This document shows positions 57,586 through 64,000 of a stretch of 64,000 nt of DNA, piece after piece. Position numbers and translations under genes: made by a program. The stretch's first letter is position 1, and the number at the start of each line of letters is the position of its first letter. The notes below the pieces were generated by a model. The model ran no database searches, was not told the DNA's origin, and saw only the letters and a list, made by a program, of their open reading frames with translations. The DNA comes from Psilocybe cubensis (lineage: Eukaryota), in the NCBI GenBank assembly GCA_017499595.2, contig CM039006.1, positions 1,736,001 to 1,800,000 of the forward strand, in the 5' to 3' direction.

Positions 57586-60500
57586 ATGGCAAAGTCGAAG
57601 AGCCTGACCCCGCAAGAGCTTTACAAACAGAGAAAAGAACGCGAAGAGCGAGAAAGGACGGCCTACCTACCTCCGGGCTTAATAAACCATGGAAATACCT
57701 GCTTCATGAACTCGGTCTTGCAAGGGGTGCGTCTGCTGCGAAGTGGCATACATTTTATCCTTGGAATTTGCTGATATGATCTTTCTAAAAGCTGATTGCA
57801 ACGCGTCTGCTCTCCGATCTCGTACATTTCGATCCCATTCCTGCCGAGATTCAGCGCAAAGCAGCTACACCCATCATTTCTCGAAGATCTCCTCAGCTTA
57901 CGAACGGACACAATCTCGCTGGACCTTATGAACATGCTTGGGTAAATAGCATGCCCATCGGAGACATGTTTCTCACCTTGGTGTATAAAGCTTGGGATAG
58001 CCAGAGGAACAGACGAAGAGACACACTTAGTCCAAAGTGAGCCATTAGCATCACAAGATATCCATACTTCTTGAATCGGACCACTAATCCGGCATTTATC
58101 CTAGATCCATTCTCAATGCCCTCGGACAAAAATACGACCAATATTTGGATTTCGCTCAGCAAGACGCCCACGAATTTCTTCGTATTCTATTGGATGCCAT
58201 GCGCATGGAAGAACAGGATGTAAGCTATTTCCTATTTTCAGAATTTCTCCGAGCTTCCACCACTTTGCGTCAATTGTGATGACGACGCACCTCCCTTTCA
58301 TTAGAGCCTTCTACTTTTTTATCCGTTGGGTTTGTTCTCCTTAATCTTACCAGTCTTTTCCATAGATAATAAAGACGCGCCAGCCTCCTCCACCCAAACT
58401 GCCAAAAAAACGGAGAAGGACTACAATAACGTCTGGTAACCCTCCATCGATTTCTGTCCCAGAATCGTCGTCGAAATCGACTGAGCCAGCATCGAACGTC
58501 GAAGAGGTAGTATCGACATCAATAGAATCGTCACCAGACCAAGCCAAGGACCCCAAAGACGATGTTACCCTTCTATCATTTGCCGACATGCTTTTCAGCG
58601 GCCAGCTAACTAGCATTCTTGTTTGCCAAAAATGCAAACACGTATCTCAGACCTACGAAGAATTCAACGATATTAGCTTGAGCATCAAGGCAGAGGATTA
58701 TCTTCCTCACAACAGGAAGCGTGATCGATTCAAGAAGATTGTCGGCCGTCTCACTGCATTCCCCGGGAGTTCCAGTCAAGGGCAGTCGAAGGATTCGCGC
58801 AAGCTTTCAGCACATCTACCTCTTGCGCCGAATCACCTTGTTGAAATGCAGCGCTCTTCTTCTGTACCTCCAAGTCCACGTACCGAACGGGAAATCAAAC
58901 AATTAGGGACTGATGATGAACAACATGTTTCTGAGCCCCCACGACGAAGAAGTCTTGATGTGCCGGTTGGTGTGTCCGTGCCCGATTCCAATACACCCGA
59001 GATATCTCATCAAACCTTGGCACCTGCTGTGGAAGTAATCGAGAGCGTCCCACCATTCGAAACCACCTTGCAAGAACCTGACCGACAAGACGATGGCGGG
59101 GCGGAGAGCGAGCATTCTCACATCCTTGTCAATGTGACTGGCCCCGATGATAAGCATGTGGAATTCATCGAGCCGAAGATTGATCGGAAGGATAAGGGCA
59201 ATGTCGGCCAAAGTGACTCAACAGATACAGAAGACAGCAAAAAAGATCATGGTAGTAGCAAGGAGAAGTCAAAGCAGGACGACAGTTGGGCAAAGATCGG
59301 GCGGAGGATTAGTATGTCTGTTGGTTTGGGAAGGCCAAAGGGCAGCGATAAAGACAAGGATAAGAAGGTCAAGGATAGGAAAAGCAGGTCTATGGATCGC
59401 GGCGGAGGTTTGGGGAGTCATATGAAGGAAATAAAAGAGGCTGCCATCGAAGTGGCCGACCTTGGCATCCAAAAATCACTGTCGGCAATCGTACCCCCGT
59501 CGAAGTCAGCGAAGGAAGTTACCTCGGATACAAGAAGGATATCTTCTGACGGAAGATCTGCCGTTTCATCCAGTACAGAGGCGTCGAGTTCTGGTATCCC
59601 CAGCTCAAAACCTTCCAAAACGCTACCGAATCCGTCAATATCTTCACAGTCAAATAATTCCCTGGCACCTGCCTCCAATTCCTCATCCGCGGTTCCTTCC
59701 ATATTCCCTCATGTCCAACGTTCTAAATCTCCGAAACCCCCGAAACCCAGCAACGCTGAGGCAGAGTATCTGCGCAAGATTCTTGCTGATGTCGCTGTGT
59801 CCTCGTCTTCAAACAACCCATTCGCCATTTTCAAGCCACCATTATTACACAATCATTCCGGTCATAACACACGGCCTCTGTCGACACATGCACCGGGCGG
59901 CCTGAATTCACATGAGAAAAGTGCTGGTGCGACGTGGTTGGGAATTGGAATACGCAATCTCTCGGGCCTCGAGGAGTGTCTACGGATGTTCACTGCGGTG
60001 GAGGTATTGGATGGCGATAACATGGTGGGGTGTAGGAGGTGCTGGAAAATACAAAATGGAATGTATCATGGCACCAAGGAAAAGGACTCGGACCAGGAAG
60101 ATCAAGAAGAGGAAGAAGATCGTTTGCCTTTTGAAGGCGGCACGGCCAAGAACGATCCGATGACTGTAAATGGTGTCGTCAATCCCCCGGCAAAAAAGAT
60201 ACCACATCCCCTCCAGGTTGTCTCCTCGTCGCTCTCGGCTAGCGCGGCGGTGCACATTCCAACCTCCATCTCCACACCAACAGTGTCTATGTTTTCACAA
60301 GCCGACGTGAACAGCGATACCCGCTCAATATCATCACTGCCAACAGCTACTACTTCCGCGTCTGATTTGAGTCTGGGACAGGCCAAAGAAAGTGATGATA
60401 GTGGCGACTCTCAAGTCTCATTATCAGCCATGTCAGAGGGAAGTTCGAGCGCGAGCGCGAATACAAAGGTCGAACGCTCCGGTCCTGGTGGAATGCCTAT

Positions 60501-61656
60501 CCCCGTTATCTCAACAACCTCTCCTCCAGAAACACCTCAATGGCCCACCGACCCGCACAATTCAATCGCAGATAACAAAGTTTTGGGCGACAATGCTGAT
60601 GCCAATCGCAGCGCCTCCTATGCACGACTCATAGGCGCGACGAGCGGCCCGGTGCCTCCGTCCATTCCCACTCCAAACCCAAAGCTTACGCAGGCTCTTT
60701 ATGGCTTCAATACGTCTTCTGGATCCAAGGATTCTCTTCTTATTCCTCAAATTGGCCGACCAAAGTATCAAAAGCGGAGGTCATACGCAGAATCGACTTT
60801 TACCGACAACGATAGCTCAGGCGACGAGAGCGATACTTCTATAGGCACATCAGTCTCCGCTGATTCGTTGAGAAGTTCAGGGTCTCAAAATGCTACCATC
60901 GCGTCTAGCTTGGCCAATGGTACCAAATCCGTTCCTGAATCCTCTGCGACTGCTGCCTCTATACCGCAAGCGCAGGCAACAAAGGTTTCACCACCGAAGA
61001 AGGCCCCTAAGCCACCCAAGCCGGTCATTATGCGGCCAGCGTATAAGCGATATCTCATCGCGGTTCCTCCTCCAGTACTTGTAATACATTTCAAACGGTT
61101 TCAACAGACCGCGAAGACACCCTTGATGTCATTTTCTCATGGGTTCAAGAAACTTGAGGATTACGTCTCTTTCCCTGAACATCTCGACCTTCTGCCATTC
61201 TTAGCGCCAAGAAAAGAAGATTACGGACTGGGTAAAAAAGGCAAGGGTAAAGAGAGCAAAGTGAAGGAGAAAGAGGAGAGCTGCATGTACCGGCTGTACG
61301 CCGTCGTGGTGCATATCGGGAATATGGTGAGTTTTCCTGTTTTACTTGTGTTGGTGCTCATATGTTTACGCTCGGTTTAGCTTGGTGGCCATTATATTGC
61401 ATACACTGCTCTGCCTGACAATCTTTCTCGACCTGCTCGCGCTGCTGGAGCAGACGGTGATGGAAAGGGGACTGAATCCACCTCCGATACCGCTGGACAA
61501 GAGAAAGCAGACACAAATTCCGATCCTCCTTCTGATGCCCCCAAGCCGGCATCTGAAAGACAATGGGCATATATTAGCGACACTACTGTAAGACTAACGA
61601 CTCTGGAGGAGGTTCTTCACGCCAAGGCTTATATCTGCATGTACGAGCGGTGTTGA
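57586..61656 (+). CDS. Ubiquitin-specific protease (peptidase C19) with large low-complexity insertions
   Basis: Cys box GLINHGNTCFMNSVLQ, QQDAHEFL, CQKC/CRRC zinc ligands, LVIHFKRF, His box YAVVVHIGNMLGGHYIAY, WAYISD and AYICMYER. Confidence 0.95.
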
Positions 61657-63457
61657 TTCGCTTTCGTCTTGCGGAGCTTTTGGCATATATGGACAGCTTT
61701 CCCAACACTTTATTAGATTCGGACCTAATATTCTGCCAATTGGTTTTCTTTTTACAACTAACTTATCATCATTATCATTGGGCTTAAGGACTCACGCAAC
61801 ACTTGTATATTCCTCTTTCTACTTATCTATTGTAGATTATGTGTACACATTTACTTTGATCATAATTGCTCAATTGTCATTTGGGCAATGGGTGAACACA
61901 ATTCGCCTGCAGAGCCTCAAGAGCCTGATTTTTGTTCAACCTCGGCCACCTATTGGAAACGCGCGGAGGGTAATTTAAACTCGGCTTAAAGGATGTTCAA
62001 TCAGAACGAAAAAACCGTTGTATTGTATGCATACCACCGTAGCAAAATCAATGAAGCGGTTCAACTACTTTTTTGCGCGGGTGGCCAGGAGATTTAGGGC
62101 GCCTGCCACTGTGGAAGTCAACTTGCACCGGTCGCCCCTTTGCTTATCTAAAAAAAAAGATGTACATCATTCAACATCTGCTCAGAATTCCTAAACCTTA
62201 AAACTCAAAACAGCAGGCCTCTCACCCAGTCTTCCCTGGTCTTTGTCGGATGCATCTTCTATTCGGTGAAGGTAACAGTGATCTATTTTTAGAACGAGCA
62301 TCTCATAAAATAAACGCCGAAAATCAGGAACCGGGATCTTCATTGCCAAGGAGATCAGATCACTTTTGAGTTAGTTGGTGTCAAAAGAAACACGCTGAAT
62401 AATGGTGAATTGAGATTAAATTGCTTTTCTTTCAATGTCAACCTTCTTTCTTGACTCATGTGTTAGCAATTAGCAATATCTTGACCTCGCTGATAATAAA
62501 GCCAATTACTTCAATCTCGGATCGGAAGCAACCTCCCGCTTTCTTCGTTCATGCCTTTAGGAGGCTTTACTACTGATTAAAGTAAGAAATATGATTATAC
62601 AGTAATTCATGAATGAATGTAAGTGTTATTATATTCACTCGGAGTGCGAAGAAACTGTTCTCTAACGGCAATTCCGTCGCGATACTACAAGCTTGGATTC
62701 GTGTCAAACTTGCCCTATATTAACCTCGACAGGTAGACAGCGCGATCATTTGTAAAGGTGGACTTGATTGTCAGTTTTTGTCCTTACGAATCACCTATCT
62801 TCCCATTTGGTGCGCAAAAGCAGGATCAGGGAACAGTTTCGTGCATTACAGCGAACATTGCCTCAACGGTCACTCCATCAATACTGAAACACCGGGATGT
62901 TTGAAGTTGATTATTATCGAGACTTCGGCTAAGTTAACGGAGGGGATTTTCTCCCAGTAGACGGTGTTGTTCATTGCATCATTATTTTCCGAATCCAATT
63001 CTGCATTAAAAGTAGAATATATATAGACCACCTTTTTCCATCCTAAGAGGTTTTTTGGGCCGCCAAATGAAGGACAAGCAATATTTCCCATTTGAAAAGT
63101 AACACTAGGATACACAACAGGTATTTGGGTCAGAAAAAACCGACCTAGTCAATGACACTGCGGTGATATCGGGGCAGTAGATTATTATGAAAGTTCCGTT
63201 CATTCTGGTACTTGAGACGCGAAAATAAAGTCGCTAAATCATTTTTCCAACAATGAAGAGTGGAGTAGAATTGCTCATCCAGCTCAAGTATTAGAAATAT
63301 TGCTAATGGATTAGAGATCAAGGCAAGCTGTGACACATGCAGACACGAGCTTGAAGGAAAGTCGTGTACATGTATGCTATGCAAGCTCACCTATATAAAC
63401 GACATTGATACAGGGACGAAAAAGCAATCTCATACCGTCTTCTTACTTGTCTTCTAA

Positions 63458-64000
63458 ATGTCCAACGAGTCACAACCACAACCTTTTCGCATTGACATCG
63501 ACGATGCAACCATTGACTGGATACAAGCGCGCGTTAGAAACGCTCGCATCGTTCCGGATGTTAAGCATCCCAAAGGAATGGAATGGGCAGATGGCGTACC
63601 TGGAAATGTGATGGATCGCCTTGTCAAATATTGGAGGGAGGAATATGACTGGAGAAAAGTCGAGGCCAAGTTGAATTCAACGTACAAGATGTTCACCCTC
63701 GATATCCCCGAAGGAAACGAGCTCATCAAGTTACACTACGTTCATCACCGCAGTGATAGAGCCGATGCTATTCCACTGCTTTTCTTACATGGGTGGCCGG
63801 GAAATTTCACAGAGGTACGCAGTTAACTGGGTGTTTAAAAATATATAAGATTGACATGATTGATAGGTCGAATATCTCTTGAGTTTGACCAAACCTGAAG
63901 ATCCAAGCCAACAGGCCTTTCACGTTATTGCGCCTTCACTTCCTGGATTTGTGTTTTCTTCATCTCCAAAGGTAAGGGTAGATTTGCTATGTTACACCAC
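63458..64000 (+). CDS. Epoxide hydrolase (EHN domain + alpha/beta hydrolase), runs off the window end
   Basis: PFRIDI, YWREEYDWRKVEAKLN, IPLLFLHGWPGNFTE and FHVIAPSLPGFVFS. Confidence 0.92.

Overview
A 64-kb gene-dense window of an intron-rich fungal genome, most likely a basidiomycete (Agaricomycete-type): introns are ~50-60 nt and CYP63, DUF6534 and C2-NACHT-ankyrin families are present. Gene models were hand-assembled across introns, so boundaries are approximate. In order it contains: a DUF6534 membrane protein, a CYP63-type P450, a membrane protein, a concentrative nucleoside transporter, NAT1/NAA15 and PDS5 head-to-head on a 119-bp spacer, a carboxylesterase lacking the nucleophile Ser, an intron-containing tRNA-Gln(CUG), an SDR, a coiled-coil protein, a GH1 beta-glucosidase with a decayed duplicate of its 5' end, a Gti1/Pac2 (WOPR) regulator, a C2-NACHT-ankyrin NLR-like gene carrying a 740-bp TIR element at a splice acceptor, an acidic protein, several membrane proteins, two tandem URA5 (OPRTase) paralogues, an F-box-like protein, a USP deubiquitinase and the start of an epoxide hydrolase. 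Two observations stand out. (1) The two URA5 copies have lost different, complementary active-site residues, which suggests an obligate heterodimeric OPRTase. (2) The TIR element's target-site duplication copies the NLR's 3' splice site, giving a potential full-length versus truncated switch.
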